From NCBI GenBank assembly GCA_041398805.1, contig JAWKUC010000007.1:135672-199671 (forward strand): DNA of 64,000 nucleotides. Reading direction: 5' to 3'. A model generated the notes under the pieces. It was given only the letters and a program-made list of their open reading frames with translations, had not been told where the DNA came from and made no database searches. Every line of letters begins with the position of its first letter. Position 1 is the stretch's first letter. Of this stretch, positions 9,357-21,554 are shown piece after piece. The DNA comes from Planctomycetaceae bacterium (lineage in GTDB: Bacteria; Planctomycetota; Planctomycetia; Planctomycetales; Planctomycetaceae). Both the position numbers and the translations under genes were made by a program.

Positions 9357-10168
9357 AACGCATTCTTGCTTTCATTGCTTGCTAGGGATGTCAGCCGATC
9401 GCTACCGCAGAGGGGACAGACTTCGTATTCTCTCGCCACGACTTCGCCACACTTTTCACAGCACTGAGATTGCTTCACGACTAGGACGGAAAACTTTTCC
9501 TCCTGCATCTGGGTAACCCGCCTCATAAATGTTACCAGACACCAGGCACTTACGATGAACACTGTTACGTTACACCCAATAATTATCCATTCTATCCATT
9601 GCCATTTTTCATACCCAAAAGTGTATTTCAACTTGTTTAGATTGAGATTGAGAAGCAAAAATATCCATCCGAAGAAAAACAGAGGAAACATTCTTATTGA
9701 GACAAATCTGGGCACCTTATAAATTGAACCAGAATAAATATCTTCATCTAAACTACTTCTGCGGAATAGCATGGTGAACAAGGGGAATCCAGCAATCAGG
9801 TTCAGCACGGGTACACCCAGGGAGACAACCGCCAGCAATGGGAGTGAGACAAAGAATCCACTGGTGAAGTGTCTTAAATTTAAAAACGTTCTATAAAACC
9901 ACAGGCAGGAGTAGATGAGGGCTACCGGTACAGAGAAAAGAACAAAAAACGTGAATACAATGCTGGTTATAAAGTAAGCATCGCGTTGGAATTCTGATAT
10001 CTCATACTGAACATAGTAGGTATCTGCGAGTGGCATCAGGATATGACACACCCCCATCAGAATAGCTGACGTCCAGATTGAAACAGAAGCTATCGCACTA
10101 AACCGCTTGATCGGAGCAAATGCCAGAGAGCGATGGCCTGAAACATTGATCGAGGAGGAATCATTCAT
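9353..10168 (-). CDS. DUF4328-like membrane protein with C-terminal Zn-ribbon
   Basis: WFYRTFLNLR...VPVLN...LFRRS; CEKCGE...CPLCG. Confidence 0.72.
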   Translation of the reverse strand: MNDSSSINVSGHRSLAFAPIKRFSAIASVSIWTSAILMGVCHILMPLADTYYVQYEISEFQRDAYFITSIVFTFFVLFSVPVALIYSCLWFYRTFLNLRHFTSGFFVSLPLLAVVSLGVPVLNLIAGFPLFTMLFRRSSLDEDIYSGSIYKVPRFVSIRMFPLFFFGWIFLLLNLNLNKLKYTFGYEKWQWIEWIIIGCNVTVFIVSAWCLVTFMRRVTQMQEEKFSVLVVKQSQCCEKCGEVVAREYEVCPLCGSDRLTSLASNESKNAL

Positions 10169-10907
10169 CGTCTGTGGTACTTATCTATGGATGTATCTTG
10201 ACCTATTTTCCCTCCGCAAACGGGACAGACCTCGTATTGTTGCGTCAGGTTCTCGCCACACTTTTCGCAGCTGTAGTTGCCTGACACAGTCCAAGCGTTG
10301 AACTTCTCCTGTTGCATAGAGGCGATGCCCAGAATTATCGAAATCCAGATTCCCCAGGTGATGGCAATGCCACTCCAGAGGATTCCTGCATATATGTACA
10401 ACCCTGGTCATTTGGCCCTATAACACCGATGATTATTGGTGACAACCGTCCAGAGCATGATAAAGAGTAGAACAATGCAGATAACGCGGAGCGTGTAGGA
10501 ATTGCGTGCTTCGATTTAATCGATAATTGAGGGAGAGCCGCTTTCCCTCCGCCAGAATGAGATAGAAGAGCGGACTCACGAACAATGCGAGAGGAGGAAC
10601 GAAGAGTAGAATTTGGCCAGAAGAGAAATGACAATGCGATTTCTCCCTCCAATGGATTTCAGATTATCAAACGCATCCCGTATCCAGACTACATATGCGA
10701 AATAGGCTATCGCCGAGCTGCCCATTGTTGTTTTTACTACTTCTCCATAATCCAATCTGAAATTCACGTCATCAAAAAACTCCGCCTGTAACCAGTAAAC
10801 AACTTATGAACAGAGTGAGAACTGACATTACAAGCAGTAACCGACTCACCCCTGATCAGCGATCTGTATTTTTTCTTTAAATTTGCTGGAGAATCCGTTT
10901 TCCTCAT
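10165..10907 (-). CDS. DUF4328-like membrane protein with Zn-ribbon (several frameshifts)
   Basis: Fragments MRKTDSPANLKKKY, WIRDAFDNLK and CEKCGE...CPVCG lie in different frames; total length matches the paralogues. Confidence 0.6.
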
Positions 10908-11150
10908 ATTCAGATCTGTTCGTCTAGCGTTGCAATTTTTTCCACAATGGTCGTCTACGATTCCAGCTTACCCCTGCTAAACATTTACCGCAATAAACTC
11001 TGAGCAGCGACCAATTGGCATTGGCCGTTTAAATCCATTTCGTCTCTCAATGAACCTTTGCAGTGGAATCGGTCTGCTAAAATGCCTCGCGATCCTACAG
11101 AGCAGGGAGGTCCTTTGCCGCCCATTCACACCCACAGGCAATCACCGACC

Positions 11151-12650
11151 ATGGCTAAACAACCGAAATCTGCAATCAGTCCAACCCGGAGAAGCATCAC
11201 CGGAGTGGTATCAGCAGGTGATCTTGCCGCGGATCTGGCTGATCTTCGCCGGTCAGGGGTTGCATGGTCATCAAACCGTGGGTTGGGGAATCTGGAGAAC
11301 ATGCAACAGGCCCCGATGAATGTCTACAGACCGGTCACGAGAACGCCTACCCCACTCTTCATCCCGATGAGCTTCCTCGAAAAAGAGTTGAGCACGTGGA
11401 AGGCTTTCGCCAAAGAGTGCTGCCGTTGTGACGCACCATCGCCTGAACCGGGGCCGGATGGGGGCCCTGTCCCGGCAGGTGAACTGGAAGAACCACTGAT
11501 TGTCCGACCGACTTCCGAAACGATCATCGGCTCGATGTACGCCCGCTGCGTACAATCGCACCGCGATCTGCCGATTCTCATTAATCAGTGGGCGAACGTC
11601 GTCCGCTGGGAAATGCGGACGCGGATGTTCCTGCGGACTGCCGAGTTCCTCTGGCAGGAAGGGCATACCGCGCATGCTACTAAAGAAGAAGCGATTGAAG
11701 AAACGAACAAGATGCTCGAAGTCTATGCTGACTTCGCCGAGAACTGGATGGCGATGCCGGTGATCAAGGGAGAGAAGACAGCGGGTGAACGCTTCCCCGG
11801 GGCTGTGACGACCCTCACGATCGAAGCGATGATGCAGGACCGCAAGGCGCTGCAATCGGGAACCTCTCACTTCCTCGGTCAGAACTTCTCCAAAGCACAG
11901 GGAATTCAGTTCCAGGATCAGAACGGTGAAAACTGTTTCGCCTGGACGACCTCGTGGGGTGTCTCGACCCGTTTGATCGGAGCACTCATCATGACTCACA
12001 GCGATGACGACGGCCTGATTGTCCCGCCGCGACTCGCTCCCGCACAGATCATTCTCTTACCGATCCATAAACCGGAGAGCGAAGCGACGGTACTCGAATA
12101 CTGCGAAAGCCTGAAGAAAGAGCTTGAAGCTCAACAGTTCGGTGGCTGTCCGATACGTGTGAAGATCGATAATCGTGATATCCGGGGTGGCGAGAAAAAC
12201 TGGCAACACATCAAAAAAGGAGTTCCGCTTCGCGTCGAAATCGGCCCGAAAGATATTGAGAAAGGGGGCGTCTTCGTTGGTCGCCGTGACACGGGTGAAA
12301 AACAGGGTTACGACCGGAACGAGTTCGTCACCAAAGCCGCGGACATTCTGCAGGAGATTCAACAGGGCCTGTTTGACCGCGCCTTGAAACTGCGGGAAGA
12401 GAATACCCGGACCATCACCGACTTTGCCGAGTTCGAAGCATACTTCACTTCTAAAGACGAAGAGAATCCTGAGATTCACGGCGGGTTTGCGATCTGTCAT
12501 TTCATTGACTGTCCGGAAATGGAAGAAAAACTCAAGCCACTCAAAGTGACTCCCCGCTGCATCCCTCTCGATCAGAAACCGACACCCGGTACCTGCATCT
12601 TCACCGGTCAACCGACCGACAAGGTGGGTGTGTTCGCCAAAGCCTATTAA
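11151..12650 (+). CDS. proS: Proline-tRNA ligase, eukaryote/archaea-like type (N-terminal frameshifts)
   Basis: PEWYQQV, VRPTSET, QWANVVRWE, FLRTAEFLWQEGH, TSWGVSTR, C-terminal FAKAY. Confidence 0.96.
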   Translation: MAKQPKSAISPTRRSITGVVSAGDLAADLADLRRSGVAWSSNRGLGNLENMQQAPMNVYRPVTRTPTPLFIPMSFLEKELSTWKAFAKECCRCDAPSPEPGPDGGPVPAGELEEPLIVRPTSETIIGSMYARCVQSHRDLPILINQWANVVRWEMRTRMFLRTAEFLWQEGHTAHATKEEAIEETNKMLEVYADFAENWMAMPVIKGEKTAGERFPGAVTTLTIEAMMQDRKALQSGTSHFLGQNFSKAQGIQFQDQNGENCFAWTTSWGVSTRLIGALIMTHSDDDGLIVPPRLAPAQIILLPIHKPESEATVLEYCESLKKELEAQQFGGCPIRVKIDNRDIRGGEKNWQHIKKGVPLRVEIGPKDIEKGGVFVGRRDTGEKQGYDRNEFVTKAADILQEIQQGLFDRALKLREENTRTITDFAEFEAYFTSKDEENPEIHGGFAICHFIDCPEMEEKLKPLKVTPRCIPLDQKPTPGTCIFTGQPTDKVGVFAKAY

Positions 12651-12869
12651 ACAGAGGGACAGCGATTCCCGGCAGCGTTTCAGGTTTACTTGCTAAAACC
12701 TGATCGAATATGCACTTCCGGCGATTTACGGGTCCCCGGAACTTGTGATCGAAGCGCCTGTCGAGGTAATATCGAGCAGAACAGAATTTCAACGGTTCAG
12801 CGATCACAAAACCGTTCTGTTTTCTCTCAGCTTGATGACACGCAACGAAGATTAGAAAGACCTGTCTCG

Positions 12870-13844
12870 ATGACAATGACCCGCCGGTATGTTCAAGACC
12901 TGCAAGACGGAGAAACAATCGAAGAAGTCTTCCTGCTTGTCGACAAACAACTGCGAGCCAACCGAAACGCCGACCTCTATCTGCTGGCAACCTTGCGTGA
13001 TAAATCGGGCATCATCAATGGCCTGATGTGGAATGTGACCGAGGAATCGATGGCACACATTTCCGCCGGGGACCATGTGCAGATTAAAGGGAAAGTCCAG
13101 CTCTACCAGGGCTCGCTGCAGATCATAATCACCCGGATTACAAAGGTCCCCAGCGACAACCTCGATGTGGAAGACTTTCAACCATCGAGCTCTCAGAATG
13201 TCACCGAGCTGCTCGACCAGCTCAAAAGTCGCCTGCTGGAAATTGACGATCCGCAGCTCCGCAGCCTTACGGAATGTTTCCTGATTGATGAAGATCTGAT
13301 GGATATGTTTTGCCGGGCTCCCGCCGGAGTGAAAGCGCACCATGCGTACCAGGGTGGTCTGCTGGAAATACGTCGTGCGTTTAATGGAAATGGCCTGGCG
13401 AATTTCGATCTCTATCCTGAGGTCGATACAAACCTGTTACTGGCCGGTGTCTTCCTGCATGATCTCGGCAAAGTTCGCGAGCCGCTTCGAAGGTGCCTTC
13501 AGCTACACCGACGAGGGACAACTGATTGGTCACCTGATCATTGGCGTGGAGATGATCAATGAAAAAATCGCTGAAGTGGAAAAATTAACCAGCGAACCTT
13601 TTCCCCAGGAAACTGCTCTCTATGTTTAAAACATCTTCGTCTTAAGCCATCATGGACAATATGACTATGGCAGCCCCAAGCTGCCGATGACGCCTGAAGT
13701 GATCGCCCTGCATCACCTCGATAATTTTGATGCCAAAGTCCGGCGAGTTCGCCCGCCCGCATCGAAGACGACCCCAATACGGATTCCCATTGGACACCCT
13801 TTTCACCCCGACTGGACCGGAAACTGTTCAAGGGAGCAAAATAA
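12870..13844 (+). CDS. yhaM: YhaM-family 3'-5' exoribonuclease, OB + HD domains (frameshifted)
   Basis: OB-fold LRDKSG; [11 protein letters not shown]; LHDLGK; [10 protein letters not shown]; SHHG. Confidence 0.85.
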
Positions 13845-14095
13845 CATTGCCTGAACTGGTGATGTATCTGGAAACCATTTCAAAACCCGGTTGTGGTTTC
13901 TCCAGATGCTGCAAAAACAGGATAATTGAGACCCATCAGAGGGTTTTGAAACTGCTTGAAAATTTAATCACAGCTCGAATTGTCGGAGGATGCCTGAATA
14001 TGTTGGCCCCCGATGTTCGAATCGTATCGCTGTTTTGTTGTTTTGTTGGAAAGAATTTTTGTGTCGGTTATGTCAGAAGAAAGTAGAATATCAGT

Positions 14096-16431
14096 ATGTC
14101 TGGAAAAGTTATTTATCGTATTAAACAGTACCTCGCTCAAGCGGATTACAAACCTGTAACAGCCGATGTGCTCCTGAAGCACCTCGATCTCACCAAAAAA
14201 GAACGAGGCTCGTTCGAGCAAGCTTTAAGCAAATTGGTTGAGCGGGAAGAGGTCGTCGTCGGTAAGAAAAACCGGCTCCGCCTGAAATCAACCACAACGC
14301 ATGAGATTGTTGGCAAGCTGAAAAAGACTGCCTCCGGGTCCGGCTTTGTCATGCCGAATGAACTCCCCCCCGATCTCAGCCCCTCCGATCGCCGCTCCTA
14401 CGACATCTTTATTGCTGCGGAAGATCTGATCGATGCCTGCTCCGGTGATGAAGTTGCCGTTGTCCTCCTCAAACGACGTCGACGGGGAGGTCAACGCTGT
14501 GGTCGCATACAACGAATCATCACCCGTGAAACCAACACCTTCGTCGGTACCTATAAAGAAGATAGTGGTAACGGTTGGGTGAAGGTCGATGGGAACATCT
14601 TCCACGAATGGATCTATGTGGGCGACCCCGGTGCGAAAGGGGTGCAACCTGGCGATTCTGTCGTCATTGAAATGATCCGTTTTCCTTCCCATCAGGCGGA
14701 AGGGGAAGCGGTCATCGTCAAAGTCCTCGGGCCACGTGGTGAACCGGGCGTTGATTTACAACTGGTCATGTATGAATACGGCCTTCCCCTTGAATTCCCG
14801 GATGCTGTGCTCGAAGCAGCGAGTCAGGAAGCGGAAAACTTCGACGAGGATCTGATCGGAGACCGGCTCGATCTCCGTCAGGAAACAATCATCACTATCG
14901 ACCCGAAAGAAGCCCGCGACTTTGATGATGCGATTTCACTTCGCAAGAATGATGCGGGAACTGGTGGCTGGGAGTCCATATTGCCGATGTCTCGCACTTC
15001 GTGAAACCTGGCTCCACTCTCGATCGGGAAGCAAGCCAACGCGGGAACTCGGTTTATCTCCCCCAGCATGTCATTCCGATGCTTCCGGAAGTCATTTCCA
15101 ACGGGCTGGCATCCCTACAGGCCAAACGGAATCGGTATGTGAAATCAGTCTTCATTGAATTCACGCCCGAAGGGATCCCGGTTCACACCGAGTTTGCCAA
15201 TGCAGTCATTAATGTAACTCATCGCTTTGCCTACGAAGAAGTGATGCCCATCATCGAAGAACCACAGAAAGAAGGACGTAAAGTCCTTCCCAAAGTGCGG
15301 GCATTGCTGAATCGCATGTATGAACTTTCCCGCATTCTGCGCAAGCGGCGTATGGATCACTCCTCATTACAATTGGAGATGCCGGAGATCCAGCTCCTCT
15401 ATTCCAAAGAGGGTAAAGTCTCCGGAGCAGCCGAAGCTCATCATGATGAGAGTCACGAAGTGATCGAGGAGTTCATGCTCGCAGCGAATGTCGCGGTCGC
15501 TGAATACCTGACGAAAAAGGGGATCCTTTTCCCGCGCCGGGTCCACTCAACTCCCTCCGCCACCAAGATGCAGGATTTGAAAATCTTCGTGGAAGCACTC
15601 GGCTTCAATCTCCCGCAAGCACAGGACCGCAACGCGATTCGAGATCTGCTCGAACAGGTGAGGGAACCAGCCTGGAAAGCCCTGTCAGTTACGCCGTGCT
15701 GAGAAGTATGAAACAGGCGATCTATACGACAGCCGAAGAAGGGCACTACGCACTTAACTTTGAACATTACTGCCACTTCACCAGCCCGATCCGTCGGTAC
15801 CCCGACCTCATTGTCCATCGTTTGATTGATGATGAAATCAAAAGGAAGAAACGCAAAGGGCAAGTCTCCCACCGACATGGAAGAGTCCTGCAAGCGGAGT
15901 AGTGAAACAGAGCGCCGTGCCGAGAAAGCCGAACGGGCTTTAGTCAAATTGAAGTTACTGCAATATGTCTCCACACAGATCGGGATGGAATTCGACGCGA
16001 TTATCACCGGTGTGCAGCATTTCGGACTCTTCTGCCAGGGAATCGATATTCCGATTGAAGGCTTACTCCCACTGGAAGGGCTCGCTGATCGGGAACTCTT
16101 TGATTACGACGAAAAGACGCTCACCTTAACCGGTCGACGCAGTGGCCAGGTCTTTCGCCTGGGTGATGCCATCCGCGTCTCTGTCGCCAAGGTTGACCTG
16201 GAACGACGTGAACTCGACCTGGAACTCGTATCGCATCAACCCTCGATCAATATTAAAGCTGCAAGTGGCTCACGAGATGGCAGAAAGAAAGAACGCAAAG
16301 GTCCGAAAAAAGGTTTCCGGATTGAGTCCCGGCGAAAGACGGGGACTTCACAGTCAGGGAAACCTGGAGGAGACAAAAAGAAACGACCTAAACAGCGCGG
16401 CCCCGCCAAAGGTCGCCGGCGTCGCAAGTAA
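14096..16431 (+). CDS. rnr: Ribonuclease R (three apparent frameshifts)
   Basis: [41 protein letters not shown]1 domain, basic C-terminal tail. Confidence 0.95.
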
Positions 16432-16740
16432 ACGCCTCAATCCGCTCTACCCGCTATGCATGTCCGCTGCTGAAACCGATTCTCACTTCTGGCAATAACT
16501 GTACTCTACGATTGAAGTTATTGCGTCTTCATCTATAATCGGGATCGATTCGTCTGAGTTTGTTTGGCGGACTTGTTGAATTTGAGTACAGGTCTACAAA
16601 TAAAACAGAGATTTCAGCAATCTCAACAGACTGTCACCTGAACAAGTTGATCGAGAAATCAGGATCTCTGTCTGTAAACTTGTTTCTTCATGCGGTCAGG
16701 TACCCGAGGGGCGCCCCCCTCACAAGAGGAGCTGTTTCCC

Positions 16741-17412
16741 ATGTGGCTGCTTAAAGCCTTTAAAAGTTCCATCGGCCAGAAAATCGTGATGGCCATTACC
16801 GGATTACTGTTGTGCGGTTTTCTGGTGGTTCATCTTGCCGGTAACCTGATGATGTATGCAGGCCCGGAAACTTACGATGAGTACACTCATAAGCTGCATG
16901 AAAATGAAGGTCTCCTGATGATTGCCGAAACGGGGCTGTTCGGCCTCTTCTTTCTGCACATCTACCTCGCCGCTTCCACTCGGGCCCAGAGTATCAGTGC
17001 CCGCAAAATCGGTTATCTGCAAAAGCAATCCAAGATTGACGAGTCGAATCAGAACTCGCTCAAGGCTCAAAACTGGATGTTCATGTCGGGGGCGATTGTA
17101 CTCCTCTTCCTGATTCTGCACTAGAGCGATTTCAAATTCGAACTTCGTATGAGCGAAGTCAGCGAGATGACTCCCTACAACAAGGCGGTACACATCCTTA
17201 GAAACGGGATCAGTGCGGTCGCTTATGTCATTGGGCCACTCATTCTGGCGATTCATCTTTCTCACGGGGTGCAGTCTTCATTTCAATCACTCGGGTTAAA
17301 TCATCCGAAATACAACGGTTTAATCAACAAGGCAGGACTGGCGTTTGCCTGGATCGTCGGGATTGGCTTCGCCAGTTTCCCCATCTGGGCGATGTTTATG
17401 AAGGGAGATTAA
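16741..17412 (+). CDS. sdhC: Succinate dehydrogenase cytochrome b subunit (in-frame TAG at 17122-17124)
   Basis: SSIGQKIVMAITGL...HLAGN; HLSHG..S.FQSLG; both ORF halves are in one frame; GAGGAG RBS. Confidence 0.9.
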
Positions 17413-17492
17413 TCCCTCCTTTAGTCCTGTTGTTAAACCCAATCCTGTTATTTTGATTTTTATCCAACTGCCTTTCGGCAAGGAGTCCTTCA

Positions 17493-19424
17493 ATGGCGAC
17501 CGTTCTCGAGAACACACTCGATTCGAAAATACCTGACGGTCCAATGGCCCAGAAATGGGAAAACCATATCCGCCACCTCAAACTGGTGAACCCCGCCAAC
17601 AAGCGGAAGTTCAACATTATTGTGGTCGGAACCGGACTTGCCGGGGCTTCAGCCTCTGCCTCTCTTGCTGAACTCGGTTACAACGTTAAAGCCTTCTGCA
17701 TTCAGGATTCACCTCGTCGGGCGCATAGTATTGCTGCCCAGGGGGGTATCAACGCGGCTAAGAATTACCCGAACGACGGTGACTCAATCTGGCGACTCTT
17801 CTACGACACGGTCAAAGGGGGAGACTACCGCGCTCGCGAGGCGAACGTTCATCGTCTCGCTCAAATCAGTAACAACATCATCGACCACTGTGTCGCTCTG
17901 GGTGTTCCCTTTGCCCGCGAATACGGCGGAACTCTCGCCAACCGATCATTCGGAGGAGCCCAGGTCTCCCGTACCTTCTACGCACGAGGGCAAACAGGTC
18001 AGCAGCTATTGCTGGGTGCCTACAGCGCGATGATGCGACAGGTCGACACCAAAAAAGTCAAACTTTATACCCGCCAGGAAATGATGGACCTCGTCATCAT
18101 CGATGGCGAAGCCCGCGGGATCGTCACTCGCGACCTCGTGACTGGTAAATTTGAAACGCACGCTGCCGATGCCGTCCTGTTGTGTACGGGTGGGTACGGT
18201 AATGTCTATTACCTGTCGACCAATGCGAAAAACTGTAATGTCACCGCCGCCTGGCGATGTCATAAACGGGGCGCTTACTTCGCGAACCCCTGTTACACGC
18301 AGATTCACCCGACCTGCATTCCTGTCTCGGGTGATTATCAATCCAAGCTGACCCTGATGTCAGAATCTCTGCGAAACGACGGTCGCGTCTGGGTCCCCAA
18401 AGAAAAAGGGGACAAAAGAAAACCGAGCGACATTCCCGAAGAGGAACGCGATTACTACCTCGAACGTCGTTATCCCTCCTTCGGTAACCTTGTCCCACGC
18501 GACGTTGCTTCCCGCGCTGCCAAAGAACGGTGTGACGCCGGTTACGGTGTCGGAGAGACAGGACTAGCTGTGTATCTCGACTTCCGCGACGCCATCAAAC
18601 GGGATGGTGAAGATACAATCCGCGCCAAGTACGGTAACCTCTTCCAGATGTACGAAAAGATCACCGGCGAAGACCCGTACAAGGTGCCGATGCGAATTTA
18701 CCCGGCAGTCCACTATACGATGGGAGGGCTGTGGGTCGATTATAACCTGCAGAGTACTATCCCCGGCTTGTATGTCCTCGGTGAAGCGAACTTCTCGGAC
18801 CATGGGGCCAACCGCCTGGGGGCCAGTGCCCTCATGCAGGGACTGGCCGATGGTTACTTTGTAATTCCCTACACACTTGGTAACCATCTCGCCACAGCCA
18901 AACTCCCCAAAATCGACACGACTCATCCCGCATTTGGTGAGGCCCTTGATAATTCCCGCGGACGGATCGATGCCCTGATGGCTGTAAACGGAACGAAGTC
19001 CGTCGACAGCATGCATCGCGAACTCGGCAAGATCATGTGGGATAAATGTGGGATGTCACGAAGTGATTCTGGTCTCAAGGAAGCGATCGACGACATTCGC
19101 AACTTACGGGATCGCTTCTGGAAAGAAGTGAAAGTGATGGGAACAGGAGCTTCGCTCAATCAAAACCTGGAGCATGCAGGTCGTGTCGCCGACTTCCTCG
19201 AATTCGGGGAATTGCTGGCACTCGATGCATTAAAACGTCAGGAATCTTGCGGGGGTCACTTCCGGGAAGAATACCAGACTCCTGAAAACGAAGCCTTGCG
19301 TAATGATGAAGATTACGCCTACGTCGCCGCCTGGGAATTCAAAGGGGTCGGTGCAGAACCCACCCTGCATAAAGAAAATCTCTCCTTCGAAGAAGTCGCC
19401 TTAACGACAAGGAGCTACAAATAA
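17493..19424 (+). CDS. sdhA: Succinate dehydrogenase/fumarate reductase flavoprotein subunit
   Basis: [42 protein letters not shown]. Confidence 0.98.
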   Translation: MATVLENTLDSKIPDGPMAQKWENHIRHLKLVNPANKRKFNIIVVGTGLAGASASASLAELGYNVKAFCIQDSPRRAHSIAAQGGINAAKNYPNDGDSIWRLFYDTVKGGDYRAREANVHRLAQISNNIIDHCVALGVPFAREYGGTLANRSFGGAQVSRTFYARGQTGQQLLLGAYSAMMRQVDTKKVKLYTRQEMMDLVIIDGEARGIVTRDLVTGKFETHAADAVLLCTGGYGNVYYLSTNAKNCNVTAAWRCHKRGAYFANPCYTQIHPTCIPVSGDYQSKLTLMSESLRNDGRVWVPKEKGDKRKPSDIPEEERDYYLERRYPSFGNLVPRDVASRAAKERCDAGYGVGETGLAVYLDFRDAIKRDGEDTIRAKYGNLFQMYEKITGEDPYKVPMRIYPAVHYTMGGLWVDYNLQSTIPGLYVLGEANFSDHGANRLGASALMQGLADGYFVIPYTLGNHLATAKLPKIDTTHPAFGEALDNSRGRIDALMAVNGTKSVDSMHRELGKIMWDKCGMSRSDSGLKEAIDDIRNLRDRFWKEVKVMGTGASLNQNLEHAGRVADFLEFGELLALDALKRQESCGGHFREEYQTPENEALRNDEDYAYVAAWEFKGVGAEPTLHKENLSFEEVALTTRSYK

Positions 19425-19426
19425 TC

Positions 19427-20194
19427 ATGAGTGACGAAAAACTGGATTTGACACTGAAGATCTGGCGTCAACCCTCTCGTGACCAGAAGGGTGAGTTCAA
19501 AACTTACAAGCTGAAAGACGTCTCCACCCATATGTCGTTTCTGGAGATGCTGGACGTTCTGAACGAACAACTGATTCAGCAGGGTGAAGAACCTGTCGCC
19601 TTCGACCATGACTGCCGCGAAGGTATCTGCGGGATGTGCAGCCTGATGATCAACGGACAGGCTCACGGTCCCGACCAGGGAATCACCACCTGCCAGTTAC
19701 ACATGCGTCGGTTCCGCAATGGCCAGACAATCACCATCGAACCCTGGCGTGCGAAACCTTTCCCGGTCCTCAAAGACCTCGTTGTTGATCGGACTCCGTT
19801 CGACAACATTATGGCCGCTGGTGGTTATGTCTCAGTGAACGTCGGCAACGCTCCCGATGCCAACTGTCTCCCGGTTCCCCGTCACACTGCTGAAAAAGCG
19901 ATGGACGCCGCTGCCTGCATTGGCTGTGGTGCGTGCGTTGCTGCCTGTAAAAATGCTTCAGCGATGCTCTTCGTCAGCGCAAAAGTTTCACAACTCGCAC
20001 TGCTTCCGCAGGGTAAAGCCGAGAAACAACAACGGGTACTACGTATGGTTGCCCAGATGGATCAGGAGCAGTTCGGAACATGCACAAACACTTATGAGTG
20101 CGAGGCTGCCTGCCCCAAAGAGATCTCGGTCAGCAATATTGCTCGTTTGAACAGGGAATATTTCAAAGCGACCCTGGCCGCCGACCCGGAATGA
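19427..20194 (+). CDS. sdhB: Succinate dehydrogenase iron-sulfur subunit
   Basis: [32 protein letters not shown]. Confidence 0.97.
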   Translation: MSDEKLDLTLKIWRQPSRDQKGEFKTYKLKDVSTHMSFLEMLDVLNEQLIQQGEEPVAFDHDCREGICGMCSLMINGQAHGPDQGITTCQLHMRRFRNGQTITIEPWRAKPFPVLKDLVVDRTPFDNIMAAGGYVSVNVGNAPDANCLPVPRHTAEKAMDAAACIGCGACVAACKNASAMLFVSAKVSQLALLPQGKAEKQQRVLRMVAQMDQEQFGTCTNTYECEAACPKEISVSNIARLNREYFKATLAADPE

Positions 20195-20383
20195 GGCTTT
20201 TCACTGGATAATCGGTCTATTTTCCGTGCAGAAAGTCACACTCTGACGGTTCCTCAGTCATCGCTTCGATTAAATTTGACTGAATAGGCAGGAAAATATC
20301 CCTGGCGGATTCAGATAAAAAGGTAAGACTTGATAGGCAAAGAGAAGTCATCCACATTGTTCTTTTTGTGAGAATCTGCCTTT

Positions 20384-20788
20384 ATGAGTCTGACCTACAT
20401 GCTGAAGTTGAAAACGGAATCCTGGGAACAAACTTACAACCACCATCTCGACAAACTGTGCTTGCAGGCACACCCGATCAACAAAACGTTGAAAGCACAT
20501 TCGCTGCCAACGCTCGACGAATTCTCTGATCTCTCCGAAGCTGGGATAGACGATTACCTCAGAGAATTGCTGGAAGACGATCTCGAAGAATTCGGGATCA
20601 CATCAACCAAAAGTAAAACGAACTGGCACGAATTGAATAAAGCGCTCGCTTACTTCACCAGGCTGCGGGAAACGATCCGCAACGAAGAGATTCCTGACAG
20701 AGATCTCATTCTTCAGGAAATCAACTTCATTCTCGAAAGTCTGAACAGCTCCCGCGCCACCCACATGGCACTGATGCTCATGCCATAA
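20384..20788 (+). CDS. Hypothetical protein
   Basis: 134-aa ORF with natural composition; no recognised motif. Confidence 0.6.
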   Translation: MSLTYMLKLKTESWEQTYNHHLDKLCLQAHPINKTLKAHSLPTLDEFSDLSEAGIDDYLRELLEDDLEEFGITSTKSKTNWHELNKALAYFTRLRETIRNEEIPDRDLILQEINFILESLNSSRATHMALMLMP

Positions 20789-20902
20789 GCTCTGCTCACC
20801 AACATACTTTATCCATCAACTGATTGACATCTGATGAGGAATTGATTCATCTTTACTGCATAGGTTAATGCTTTCTTCCTCTGCAGCTGAAATGTCTGAA
20901 TC

Positions 20903-21532
20903 ATGTTTAATCTATTGCTTCGATGCTTCCGAGTGTTTTCCAATCCCCGGACAGACCAACCACCATCTATACCCGACGACTACCTGACTCACTGGGAATA
21001 CAGTTTTGGTCTCCATACTTGTAATCTGGGGGACACCGTCCGAGAGGGAGTCAATCCCTTCACAGGTGAACGAGTCGGATTCCCCATCGACAATGGTCTC
21101 ACTGAGGTTGAGATGGATACCGTACAGGAAGTCTTCGAGCGTTACAGCATCATCGGCCCCGAGCCTGATGGTGAAGGTTATGCTGTCTATGGTAAAGCAG
21201 GGGAGTCCATCCGTTTTCGCGGAGGAGAACTGCATGGTAAATATCCCCTGGTTGGGCTTTCAGTTGAAATAACTACCGTTCTCGAAGTAACAGAAGAAGT
21301 CGCAGGCATCGTGCTGGAAGTCGCGGGCTGGTAATATGATTATCAATGGTGGCTATAAACGGAACGACCTGCTTCCTGACCGAGAACCAGATGCTGAACT
21401 CCTGAAACGCTGGCCAAAAGCAAAAAAGTTTCCTCAGCAGCAGAACTTCACAGATGGATCATCAATGTCGTCAAAGGACATCGCTGCCATGTATCATTAG
21501 ACGAGAACGGAAATCGAATTTTACCGGAGTAA
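20903..21532 (+). CDS. Hypothetical protein with NPFTGE motif (frameshifted near 21325 and 21425)
   Basis: ORF 20903-21334 continues in other frames (AGNMIING...RWPKAK..SSAAELHRWI) to TAA 21532. Confidence 0.55.
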
Positions 21533-21554
21533 TATCTCTAAAGATCAGATCGTC

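Noticed and set aside
17122-17124. Amber recoding or pyrrolysine
   Set aside because: TAG is a normal stop for rbfA, recA and the histone-tail gene; no pyl genes are seen; the sequence is error-prone.
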